This document shows positions 43,088 through 55,700 of a DNA stretch of 64,000 nucleotides, piece after piece. The stretch comes from Euglena gracilis (taxonomy: Eukaryota). The translations under genes were made by a program, and so were the position numbers. Under the pieces are notes generated by a model, which searched no databases, had not been told where the DNA came from, and was given only the letters and a program-made list of their open reading frames with translations. The DNA lies in NCBI GenBank assembly GCA_039621445.1, contig CP154954.1:23634954-23698953 (forward strand). The letters are read 5' to 3'. The first letter of the stretch is position 1. The number at the start of each line of letters is the position of its first letter.

Positions 43088-46000
43088 GTACTGGCTTGTT
43101 GATCGACTGGTAGATCGTCCGGCCAGTTTGTCGATCGACCACTCGATCAATTAGCCACTCCAATGAAAGCGTGACGCACTTTTCAACAAAGCGCAACAGG
43201 GTTTACACATGTAATGTAATAATGGGGTTTGCTTTTTTGCATATGAAACAAAACAACGCATTTACCACAAGGGATGCTTTTATTTTGGCACCCTCCGAAC
43301 AGTTGCAGGCCGGGGGGGGCCTTCGGGGCAAGACCGTCCAATTTCAGCAGAAAGGGCCCCAGAAAACCTCCAAAAAAGTCTGTTTCAAAAAATTTGAAAT
43401 TTGCCAGATAACGAAAAGTCATGACCAATCCAACTGTGCACAAAAAATTGACCAGTTTTGTTTCGGTACCATGCCCCCCCCATGGGAGGTACATTATGGG
43501 GGGGTACAATATGCAGACCCGTGAACCGTCAAAAAAAGACCTTTAAATTTCTTCATAAGGAAATTGGGGGGGGTACATTATGGGGGGGGTACAATATGCC
43601 CCCAGAAAATGGCTCCCAGGGGGGGGTACAATATGGGGGGGCATGGTATCTACAGATCGCCCTTGCTGAGAGCCTTCAATGGACGGGCAATTGGGCAGTT
43701 GAATGTGAAATTCGAGATCAGGGGGGCTGGTCGGCACGACTGACGAAGATTTTCCAGGAGGGGGGTAGGGGTCCCATGCCATGCTGAGGGGTCCGACCAG
43801 GGGGGGGGGGTCCCTTGACAACCCATGCAGAAAACACCAAAACACCAGTGTTACTTGAAAAGCAGAGAAATTGACAGTTTTGGTGAAAATATCATTTTGA
43901 ATGAAAAAAAGCTGACAAAAAATATCAATGAAATTTTCATTCATTTGTGATGATTGTTTTGACCCCTCAAATGAAGCAAAATGGCCTCATAGAAGACAAA
44001 TTTGGTAAAATTGGACTATTTTGTGGCAAATGGTTGATTATTCTCCAAAAATATGCAAAAAATGGGGTGTTTTTGGACGGCGAAAAATTGCGAAATCAGT
44101 GTATCGGCATGCCGTGCCGAGGGGGTTAAGCCATCAGGGGGGGGGTTGCCGTGTCAAGGGGTTTCGGGGGGGGGGTTGCCGATCCCTCGCAGTCAGGACA
44201 CACAATCGGCGGTTTTCAGAGTGCTGTGCAGTGTGGGTGAGTTCTGAGGCAATCATTCAGAATGTCTTGCCGTGACCTTTCAATTGATATCTGATGTGCA
44301 TCTGAACCGCAGAATCTCACAAGCAAATCAGCAAAAGTTCAAAACATTCATGGGGAGGTTCAACAACTTAGAGTGGGAGGGGGTACAGGCTAGTTGATCC
44401 ACTAGCCAATCAACTGGCCAGTTGGTCGAACTACCCTCACCCCCCCCCCCCCGCCCGGGGTTCACAAAATTGTAGCTCGTCAGTGTGGAGGTAGGTGGCA
44501 GGGGGGGATTGATTTTCTACATCGAGAACTGTGTCCAAGACACCGGTTCGGGCGTGAACCCAGTGTCTAGGACACCGGTTCGGTCCTAGTCACCGGGTTC
44601 ACGCCCGAACCGGTCTTGCACAGTTTTTGAAACCGTGTATCGGAGGCTCTGGGTTCACGCCCGAACCGGTGTCTAGGGACACACGGGAGGTTAGGCAGTA
44701 CGGGGGGGGGGGGGCTGTGGACCCCCCGGTGAACTTCATCAGTGAACGTTCACCAGGGGGGGAGGGGGGGGTACTTTTGGCGGTGAAGTTCACCGGTGAA
44801 GTTCACCGGTGAACTTCACTGTTTTGATGGTTGGTGGTGAAATTTTCATGGGTGATAGATAGAGGGTCATTTTAGGTCCCCAGTGATTTCCTTTGATTGG
44901 CCATCATTGTGGAGATATTTAACGCTTGATGTTTTGGGTTGCTTTGATGTTTTTTGGGCCATTCCGGGTCAAAAAAAATCAAGAATTCAAAAACAATGCA
45001 TTATTTGGAGCAAAATGCCTTTAAAGAGGCCACCACCCGGGCTAGCCGTGGAGTTGCAAGGAAATCAAATTGCCGTTAGATGGGGCGTTAAATGCTTGAA
45101 TTTTGGTCAGTGGATTTCCTTTTATTTTGTTTCATTTCCAAACATCAATCTTTTGACCCCCCCCCCCCAAACAAGCCCAAATTGCCGCAAAAAGGGCCAG
45201 AATTTGATTAACTTGGGGAACACAAAGAGTAGGAAAAAAAGAGAAGCATGGATGGATACATCCTTTATCGCCCCTGGACACTGTTTTGGCCACCGACGTT
45301 TGTTTGCCGGCTCGTTTTTGTGGCCCAAAACAGCCATTTTGGGCGTTTTTGGGGACTGTTTGGGGGGGGTCAAAATCCATTTTGACAAAATTGCTCAACG
45401 ATGAAGCAAACAAAAGGAAATGTCTGGATACCAAAAACGAAGCCTTGGAACGCCGCATCCAGGGGCACAACATTTTCGTCTGACAGACACTTTTGGCAAT
45501 AATGCGTGTTTTCTCGAGATATTTTTGAATGAATCGATTTTTTTTTACTGTGTATGGAGGCTCTGGGTTCACGCCTGAACCGGTGTCTTGGACACCGGTT
45601 CGGGCGGGAAACCGGTGACTTGGACAACCAGAGAGGCTTCTTGGCGTTCTGTTGATTGCTCTGACACGCTTTTTGTTTTGGGTATTTCACCAAAACTTCG
45701 GTCACCCCCCTCCCGCTCTGACGGATGAAAACACCCCACCATCAGCTCCAAAAACTTCTCAGGCCTTTGGCCCAAATTGTAGGCAATCAACAATACAATA
45801 AATTCATCCTCTGGCTCTCCAAAAAGTGGTTCCAGTTTGTCAAGTCAAAGAGTCACAAAATTTCTTCCTCAGACACTACAGGCACCTCCTGTTCTTCGGC
45901 TTTTTGCTACTTCTCGCGAAGAGAAGCGGCGTTGAAAAAAGCACAAAATTGTGGATAATGTGGCTGCACCGAAGGCACAAAGGGGCCGATATGGGAGGGC

Positions 46001-49000
46001 ACTTCCCTGTACAAAGCAGCCAGAGCGTTGACCATCGTGGTCAACGTGGAGGGGAACCAGGACCGATCCTTGCACCTTGGCATTAGCACAGATTTCTTTG
46101 CATTGGGCGGCAGCTGCCTGTTGCTTCTCGTCACCGTGATCAAAAAGGCACGTGACCTTTACTGTCCAAAGGGCAAATGAAGAGCCAGTCGTCCAGTTTG
46201 TCATACGTTGCCCCACGCAGCTGGCAAACCTTTTGGAAATCCCGGGCAGCTGCCAGCGCCACCATTTTGCCTTTCGCAAGACCACCACGGGGGCAACTGT
46301 TGACAAATGTTTCCCCAAACAAAAGTGAGTGGGCTGCTGGGGTTTCCCGAGGTGCGGCGGCAGCCTCAAGACCTGCCAAAAATTCTGCTGGTGTGGGGGG
46401 TTGGGGCAGCGCACTGGTGCACACGGTAGTAACCTGGCCGGCGTACATTAAGAAAAAACCTGCCAAGAATAGTAATACGTGGCCGTGGAGATCAGGCAGT
46501 AGACTTTGGTCATTTTGACCCCCCTCCCCCCCCTATGGTGAAGTTCACCGTTTGAAAGTTCACTGGGGGGTCCCGGACCCCCTCCCCCCCCCCCTCTGCC
46601 TAACCATCGGTGAACTTCACCAGTGAAGTTCACCAAGAGAGCACTTTTTGGCCAAAAATGGCCAAAAATGACATTTTTGGGCAAGTTTTCGGAAATTTCG
46701 ATTAAATTCCATGAAGCATCAACCTCAAAATGACCATTTTGAGAGGAAAGGAGAAAAATTTCATGGACTGGACTGACTGGACTGGTCCAGTCAGTCCAGT
46801 GGCTGACTGGCCCCCCCCCCCCCCCGAGGGGGGGTCCAGTCAGCCTCCTGGCACCTTTTCTCCTGCCAGCATCTCCCAGCTGGGCTACGGACCGGGGGTT
46901 GAGTGGGCAGCCGGTAGGACACACCCCCTGGACCCCCCACCCCCAACACTGTTTTTCCAGCCAGCACCTTTTTCCACCTAGGGCTGGACCCCTCTCCCGG
47001 GGGGGGGGGGGTCCAGTTTTTTTTCCCCCCAACTCCCCGACTCCCCGTCAGGTCCGAGTTACTCACCTGCGAAGGGCAAAACTGGCAGGGGGCGACAGAG
47101 GGCCTCTGGGGTGCATTTGGTTTGGCAGACATGAATAAAATCCGAAATAATGCACGTTTTCTTGAGATATTTTCGAAAAATCGATTTTTTTTTTTACCGA
47201 ATATCTCACCCTGGCGAAATGGTAGGGTCAAACTGGGGGAGTTATCTAATCCTACCCTGCCGACACGCCTGGCCCATGTTCCGGCCGGCGCGCTTTTGTG
47301 GCCCAAAACGGCCATTTTGGGTTGTTTTCGGGCCGTTTTCGGCCATTTTTGGGTAAAATAAAAATCGAAAAACTGTGGACCTAAAATAAAACCACGAGGA
47401 CCCTCTATCGCCTCATATGTGCCGCCAGGGCTATACGCGCCAGGGCTGGGCCAGGCCACCGGGCCTTGGCCGGGCTGCGCCGGGCCGGGCCGGGCTGGGC
47501 TAAGCTGGGTCGCCGCCCTTGGGCCGCGCTGGGCTGCTTCCTCCAATTTGCCAAATTGAGCTGGGCTGGGCCGGGCCGCCAGGTTGGGCCGAAGGTCAGC
47601 CCTATGCCTCAATTGATACACAATGATCGTTATGGATTCAACCGGGGGAGGAGGGTGGGGATCAGACCGCCTTTACAAATTGCCCTCATGCAATCCTGAC
47701 TCTGACCTGGCCATTTTTCCCGAGCAAAAAAATTTGCCCGAGAAATTCACCTCCCCCCAAATTGTGCATTTGGCCAAAATGGGGTACCACGTGGCAGATT
47801 GCCATCCTCCAAACCACCACTCAATCCAATTCAAAATTTAAGTCACTCCCACCATTTTTGAAGGTATTTGAAATTTTCAGGTTTTTTTTTACCAGGGAAT
47901 TTCTGAAGCACCCCCCCCCCCCCAAAATGGCGGGGGACCATCAGGGTAACTGCTTTTTCCTTTTGGAGAACAAGAAGTGGGGAAAGAGTGGTCCAGACCC
48001 CCCCAAACTGGATCATCTGGCTTGTAGGTGAGGCATATGGTTATACGGCAGACCTGCAGCACTGCCCGGCCCACTGACCCAGCGGGGCCGGCAACATGGC
48101 CCGTGGGATTGGCTGGCCGGCCCGACCTGGCCCGGGAGCCGGGTGGCCCAGCAGTCCATGTCTTGAGCCAGTGGCCTGACACGGGTGCACACAGCAGGGA
48201 AAAAAAGAGCTCTGCACTGAACTAAACCTGGTCCCCCCCCCTAGATGGGGTGTTCGGACCCCCCCCCTTGGCGTGTTTCCCCCGCGACCCCCCCCCCAGG
48301 ACTCCCGTGACCCACTTTGCACCTAATTTGTCCTTCCAAAAGTACAAAAAATCCACATGAAATCCACATTAATTGGGAATTTGCAACCCAATTAGGAACC
48401 AAACTTCCTAATTGGACCTATTTTTGGGTGCAAATTCCTCTGCCTCACGCAGCAGTGCCCCAGCCAGCTCTGCTACAGTGCGCCATGGACATGGTGGATA
48501 TTTTCATCAGAGCCCCCCCCCCCCCCCATGTAGTCGCCAACCCCAGCTTACAGGGAGGTGAGATGGTCCATACTGGGGTGGGTGGCCTTAGACGATGGCA
48601 ACCTGTCAATGCAGGCTGGGAGGGCAGTGACAGGTCAAAGTGGCCATTTTGGGCCAAAAATGGCCAAAATGGCCTAAAATTGCCCAAATGGCCACCGGGG
48701 TCGGGGTTAAAATATTTCAGCCCGGGACTTTGTGCTTTGCCTCCGGGCGATCACCCAGACCACGCCACTGTTTAGGTGGGGTGTCCCCCCCTTCCTGGAC
48801 CGGAGGGGGGAGTGCATGTTGATTTGACCAGTTGTTCAGTCGGTCGACTCAGCAGTCTTATGTGTGTTGGGGAGGATTTGGGTTGGTGGACAAATTGGCC
48901 CTTTTTAGTCTTTTCCGACTTTCAAATACACCACAATGCGTCCAAATGGCATCAGTGTCGGAAATACAGCAAAATGATGTATTGTAAATGAGGATCCCCG

Positions 49001-51065
49001 GACCAAGCACCTTTGATGATGCTCGGCAATGCTGAGTGATGCTAGCCGATGCTGGGTGATGCGGGCATTTTTTTGCACACCTTGAAGACTTAAACCCACT
49101 TTTAGGAGTAATAAGCAATCATTTTCCCACAAATTTCATGTTATACCAATTTTGGCAATTTTGACTTTATTTTTGTTAATTTGTGGGCATTTTGTGATGA
49201 TTTGGGCAAATTTTGGGCTAATTTGGGTGAATATGAGCAAGTTTATGGCATTTTTGGCCTTTTGGATGCTATTTTGGTTATTTTTGGCATTTTTTCCCCC
49301 ATTCCTTTTTAGTCATTTTGCGGATATTTTAGGTAATTTCAAGCCGTTTTAGGTGGTCTATTTTCTTGGACTTTTTATGATCATTTTTTTGGGCTTTTGT
49401 GGTCATTTTGGCTATGGAGTGGATGCAGATGCCGGACAAGGTGCAACCGATGCAGATACTAAATGTAGTGGATGTAGACACTGATGCAGTTACTGGAGTG
49501 GATGCAGAGACTGGACAAGATGCAGTAAACACAGAGACTGGAGAGGAAATGGGCCCAAGGCAGTAAAAGTGGCGAGAAACAATGAGAAGCAATCAAAAGC
49601 ATACCTAGTAGCAGCCGCCAGCCAAAAATCCGGTGAAATTGGGGAAAAGTAGCCAAAAGTAGCCAAAAGTGGCCAAGAGTGACCAAAAGTCACAAGCAAG
49701 TGAATGACTAAACTTGGATAGAAGCAGCGGATGGGGACAAATATTGCTTTCTTCTTCTTAACCTTTTTTGCAGGTTCCTCAAATCACTGAGCCACTTGTT
49801 CATGGAAGTGGAGGGGTTCTTCAAAGTCAAACACCTCAATTTTTTGGCCAGCCAAGTGGAATCAGCCGAAGCGTTTTCATTCTTCCAAGAGCATTCTTGC
49901 TTTTGGTTCGCGCGTTCCGTATGTTTGCAAACATTGTAGAGTGTGAACCTGTGTGTGGCTGTGAATGTTTTTTCTTCTTCGAGTAAAGCCTTGCAACATC
50001 ACATTTTTCTCCATCAGAAAGTATTTTGCTTTTTGCTTGTGAAAATTATGCAATTCTGTTGAGGGATGGAGCAGAAGGGGGCAATGACATCACAAAGAGA
50101 AGAAAATTCATACAATGTTTGGCATCCTTATTTCTTTGAAAAGTTATTTGACTTGTGCAACTGACCCACACCACCATGTTTGTGGTTTTTTTCATCTCAC
50201 GTTATGGTGGAAATTTATTAACATTTTTCCAGCAATTTTTCTTTTACACATTCTCTGGCAATCAAGCGTACCATGGCCTCCATCGGAACAACAAGGACAC
50301 GTTAGGATTCGGTGTTTTTACTAGTTGCAGCCTGCATATAAATGGTGCGTGCAACTGCTGGACCGGAAATTCCAGAATTTCAAAAATGGAGGCACAATGA
50401 ATTTTTTGTGTGAATTTCTTGTTCTTTCTGGTTTCAGGTATTGTGAAGAGGACTTATTTCAAGCGTTCCTGAAAACATATTTACTATATTTTCAGGGGCA
50501 AAAACTATTCAGAAGTCCAGCGGTTTTTTTTTTGAAGTTTGTGATCACAGGGAGGGGGGTGCTGCGTCTCTCTCTCTGTGTGGTGTTTATGCCGAGTGGG
50601 TCCCGCTGGGATACTCACTCCTTTCTTTTCCTCTATTTTGGCGTGGAGTGCCAAAATAATTTTTTGATCCCAGAATTGACCGCCCAAAAGAGTACCTGCA
50701 GGTGTGTACGGACCGCCCGAGGTCCCAAAAAAGCCTCTGCGCAAGTCCTCCCAAACAATCCTCCTGAGTCCATCCCAGAAAGGCCCCGAGGACGGGAAAA
50801 TGCGCTTGCACATGTGCTGCTGCAGCAGCTTTGGAATTTGCTCCAATTGGAGAAGCAAAAGCAACAACACCGGCAAATCAAGTCCTCCCAGAAGGCGAGT
50901 TTCTTGCACAGCTTCTGGCCAAGGATATATCTCCATTTTGAACGTGTTTCAGGAAAATTGGTAAGATGGGTTGGTGAGTATACTTTACCCATTGTGATTA
51001 GTCTTTCATTTCACGTGCTTGCTTGGTTTGCTGCTTAAATCATTGTCCACATTCGCCTCTTTTGC

Positions 51066-51093
51066 GTCTGTCTGTCTGTCTGTCTGTCGGTCG

Positions 51094-51169
<76 letters not shown>

Positions 51170-51267
51170 ATTTGCAGCCAGTTCGTTGAGGAGAGAACAG
51201 AGGTTTTGTGCCACCTCAAAAATCAAATCGGGGTTCATTGGATGTGCTTGTGTGTATATATATATAC

Positions 51268-51298
<31 letters not shown>

Positions 51299-51299
51299 G

Positions 51300-51339
<40 letters not shown>

Positions 51340-51365
51340 ATGCATCCATCCATCCATCCATCCAT
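51066..51365. repeat. Microsatellite cluster (TCTG)n, (TA)n, (CATC)n
   Basis: Directly visible at about 51066-51165, 51255-51341 and 51343-51365. Confidence 0.97.
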
Positions 51366-52124
51366 GCATTGTTTTTGAAACCAAACACAGAACCAAACAC
51401 AGGTAAGTTTGGGACATTTGTCCTTGGCAAAGGGGTTGAAAGCTCCAATTATGAAAGAGGATGTACCTGCTGAATTCGTTGTGTACCTCACTGGGTACCT
51501 CATCAGGCATGCCCAAAAGGGAAAATTGCCTTTTGTTTTTTTCACTTTTTTTTTTTTGAAAAGGGAAAGCACACAACTACTGGTCCCACACCTGGGATAC
51601 AGGCATCGTTTGAGAAAAAGAGACCATTATTCCAATGAACCCTTTCAGAATGCAAGTGCACAAGAACAATTGGCGAAGGTGTATTTCTGACCTAAGAGAA
51701 ATGCAAAGGAAGGCAAAATCATTTTCAAAAGAGCACACTGAAAATAGCTAAGGAGATACAGTCTTTGCTGTTGGACCGGATGGTGAATACCCTGAAATAG
51801 ACCTCAGATTTCAGGGCATGCATTCGGCAGGCTAAACACGCTGTTGGACTTCACACCAGGCGAATGTTTCACTGGCGACTTGCGACCTGATTTCAGCTGA
51901 GGAGTTTGAATTATTTCCCAATCCTTGGTGACCGCAAAGGAATGAAGAGAAATGAGCGACGGACGGGAATGCAACAACGTCTTTGAACCTCCACTATAGA
52001 CTCTTTTAAAGAACCAAGAATAAGATCTCTTGGTTTTATTGTATTGACCTTGCACTGCCATCATGTGTGGTGGTCGCCGTTGCCTCACAGCCATCTCGTT
52101 CTGTTTTGTGCATTTGCATTTTAG

Positions 52125-52750
52125 GTTTGACAGTGAATGGCGCTCATGGTGGCGCGACCAGATCAAACGCACCCCTTCATATTACCGCCCGGCTTACATA
52201 TTCGACAGCAACACCCGCCAATTGATGGTCCGCGAGAGGTACCGCGAGGTCACACGCGCCTTACGTCTCAGGTCTTCCCCCCAATTCTCCATGTTTCGAT
52301 CTTGGAATTTGCATGGTCTGTTATAAGGCGAGGCCAACCCACCCCGGGGGAACTTCCCCCCAAATTTTCTCCATTTGTGGCACTTTCACAGACAGCCCTG
52401 TCTGTAAAGGTCTTTCTGACATTTCCCTCTGTTGTACTTCCCTGTCTTTTGAGGAAGGGCACCACCGCCTTTTTTTGCCCCCTTTTGCCCCCCTTCCCCC
52501 CCCTTTCCCCCTTCTTTTTATTTATGGTATTATTATTTTTGTTTTGGGTTAATTACTGTTTTCAATTGCATGCAGTTTGTCCCTGTTGGAGCCTTTTGCG
52601 TTTGACGACGGCCTCACCTATCTCAGGCTGCAGTGTGTGCAGACGAAGGACCTCTGCCGTCTCCTCTACACACTGTATGGCCCTCTGCCGGGGAAGTCCC
52701 CCAAACATCAGCTGGCCATCCTTTTCTCTTTCCTGGACACCCATGGGCGC
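52125..52750 (+). pseudogene. Possible intron-containing piggyBac-like transposase remnant
   Basis: AG/GT-bounded exon WRSWW..YIF..MVRERYREVTRALRL resembles piggyBac YW..F..MSRNRF..I..L; next exon VCADE..LPGKSPK resembles VDE..P.KP.K.G, with a frameshift. Confidence 0.4.
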
Positions 52751-55700
52751 TCCTTGTGTTGCTTGCCATTTCCCAGATCTGTTGCGCCCTGAATCCGACT
52801 TTTTCGATAATTTGGAAGCGTGTAGATGTTCAATTTGCTTCCGTGACGTGGCAGCTGTGCCAGGTTGGGATTTGATTCTGGGGTTGTCCCCCTGGAAATG
52901 TCCCCCTGGAGGCCCTCTATCACCCCCTGTTCGCCGTTTTGACTGCCGACACGCCTGGCCTGTGTTCTGACGCGCTTTTGCGACCCAAAATATCCATTTT
53001 CGGGTGTTTTTTTTGAGCCGTTTTTTTCGGTCAAAAAATCGATTTTCCCAAAATATCTCGACAATGAAGCAAAAATCAAAGGAAGGAGAGCAAAAATGAA
53101 GCCCTTGGAATGCCCTGTCCAACCATGGTTTACTTTTCCCCCAACTCTTCGTGTAGCCCGAGTTAAGGCGATTTTTCGGCCGTTTTTGGCCCATTTCAGG
53201 GACCATTTTGGGCTGTTTTCAGGGTCAAAAAGTCAATTTTTCCAAAATATCTCGGAAATGAAGGAAAACCAAAGGAAATGTCCCGAGACCTAAATTGAAT
53301 CACTTACAATGCCCTGTCTAACCGTATTTTGATTTCCCCGCAACTCCCCGCCTAGCCCAAAATATGGCCGATTTACGGCCCAAAACAGCGCGGCAGGCTT
53401 GCGGCACAGCCGTTTTCGGCCGTTTTTTGGGGGGGGGTCAACAAATCAATTTTTCTAAAACTGCTCAAAAATAGTGGGGAATCAAAGGAAATGCCGGACC
53501 ACCCAAATTGAAGCCCTTAAAATGGCCTATCTAACTGTATTTTTGTATTTTGATTTCCCCGCAACTCCCGCCCAAAACAGCGCGACAGAGCCGTTTTCGG
53601 CCGTTATTTTGGGTCAAAAAATCAATTTTTCTAAAATTGCTCAAAAATGGTGGGGAATCAAAGGAAATGCCCTAACACCCAAATTGAATTGAGTTACGGC
53701 CATTTTTCGGCCAATTTTGGCCATTTTGTACAGTATTGGCCTGTTTTGACTTTTTTTTTGACTTTGACAAACTGGCTGTTTTCAGCCATTTTGGGTCAAA
53801 AATGTCGAAAAAATTGAAAATTCTTTTTTTGCCCGGAACCATGTTTTTTTGGCCTCCCGGACCCGGAAAAACTTTTTGAGCCGAAAATGAGCGTTTTTTG
53901 GCCTGCCAGCACCCGTTTTGGGCCGCCAACCCATGGACTTCAGGTCAAAAACGGGTCAAAAAGTCGAAAAAATTTGAGATTTTTTTTTGCCCAAAACCAT
54001 GTTTTTTTTGCCCTTCCGGACCCGGAAAAACTGCTTGAGCCAAAAATGAGCGTTTTTTGACCCCCCGTTTTTGGTTCGGGTCAAAAAAAAAACGGGTCAA
54101 AAAAGTCGGGAAAAACCAATAAAACATGTGTGGGGTGTATGTAACATTTCATCAACATTTCAGAAATTACCGTAAAATCACTGAAAGTCACTGTGAATTG
54201 CAAGACTGTTATTTCGCGTAGTTTATAATTTACAAATTACACGAAATTTGCAATGCTAGTCTTTTCGGCCTTCCATTACATGCATGTCCCATTAAGAGCT
54301 CAGCACTATTTAAAACCTGGTTTACAAATCAAGGAATTTTTGGTGAAAATCCGACCCTCCAAAGTGACCTCAGGACCCCTCAGTTGGCAATTTTCGGCAA
54401 AATTTGTCAAAAATGGCATTCTCAATGATGGTCAGCCACAATGAAATTGCCACAAATCAGTTTTGGAGGTTGTCCCAGCGGCTTTCCTTTTCCATCCCTG
54501 GGGAGGTATCAGTCAAGGTTTGGTTTGTTGGCCCGAGGGGGGTTTGTGAGTGGGGGGGGTCGCTGAGCTCTTATCTCTTCAACCCCCCCCAACAGAAGCA
54601 CGGGTCCGCTGCAAGCGCAGGGTCCAAATAAAAGCGCACCCACCGCCGACGAAGGCAGGGTTCCACTACAAGTTCATACTCCCATTTTGATGGTATTCCT
54701 GAAGGAAATTAGCAAAAAATCACGCACATAGGGTCCAAATAGCAGTGGGCAAATGTGCGTTTTTTACATTTTTTGTGTATTTCGATTTTGGCAAAATTTG
54801 CATTTTTTGCGATTTTTTTGCGATTTTTTTGCGATTTTCTTTTGCATTTTTTTGCATTTTTTTTGTGTTTTTTTTTGCGTCGCGTTTTTTTGAGGTCCAT
54901 GTTGTGTCCCCCCCCCCTGAAGAAGCACCCCCCCCCCCCGCTGCCAGAGGCAGCAGTCCGTTATAAGCAGACCGTGGCTTATCACCATGACCCCGGACCT
55001 GTTCCCGGGTTTTTTTTTAAATCATTAGCGACTGTATCCCAGCTTTTTGAATCACCTCCGTTTGACCTCCAACCCCCCGCCAGGCCCGAGTTATTCAGCA
55101 GACAAGGGACCAAAAAACTGGGTAGGATTTAGCCAACCCCCCCCAGGTCGGCCCATAAGGGAAGGGAAGTTTTTTTTCCCTTAAGGACCGCCGCTTAAGG
55201 ACACCCTTGGGCCTAAGGGACGGCCAACGGCCGATCTGGGCATCGACAGGGAAGAAAACCAAAATCGAAATGCATTTTTTTGACGTTTTTGGGTTGATGG
55301 GCGTTTTCAATTTACCGGTTGGCCGGAAATCCTTTTTTCATTCCCCTATTTCGACTGCCCCTTTTTTTGCCAAAACATGGCCTTTTTTTGTCGATTTTTC
55401 CTATGAATTTTTCATTGAATGTGCTGGAACGGGAAGTTTTTTTTTCTTCGTTGAGGACCGCCCTGCCCCCCCCCCCCCCAGTTTCGACTTTGCCTTTTCC
55501 CCATGGTGAGATTTTTGGTCAAGAAATCGATCTTTCAAAAATACCTCGAGAAAACCTACATTTATTTTTGAAAGTGTCCGGACGCTAAATGTACCCCTGG
55601 AGGCCCTCTATCGCCCCTTGTTTGCCATTTTGGCCAGTTTCCACCGCCATGCCTGCCCGTGCTCTGGCTCGTTTTTTCGGGGTGTTTTTGTCGGCTTTTT

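Noticed and set aside
44400-49700. Host genes among many short ORFs
   Set aside because: Mostly G/C- and A/T-run-rich repeat fragments; no supportable protein motif
51023-51576. Low-complexity ORFs (CLSV)n and (IY)n
   Set aside because: Translations of microsatellites
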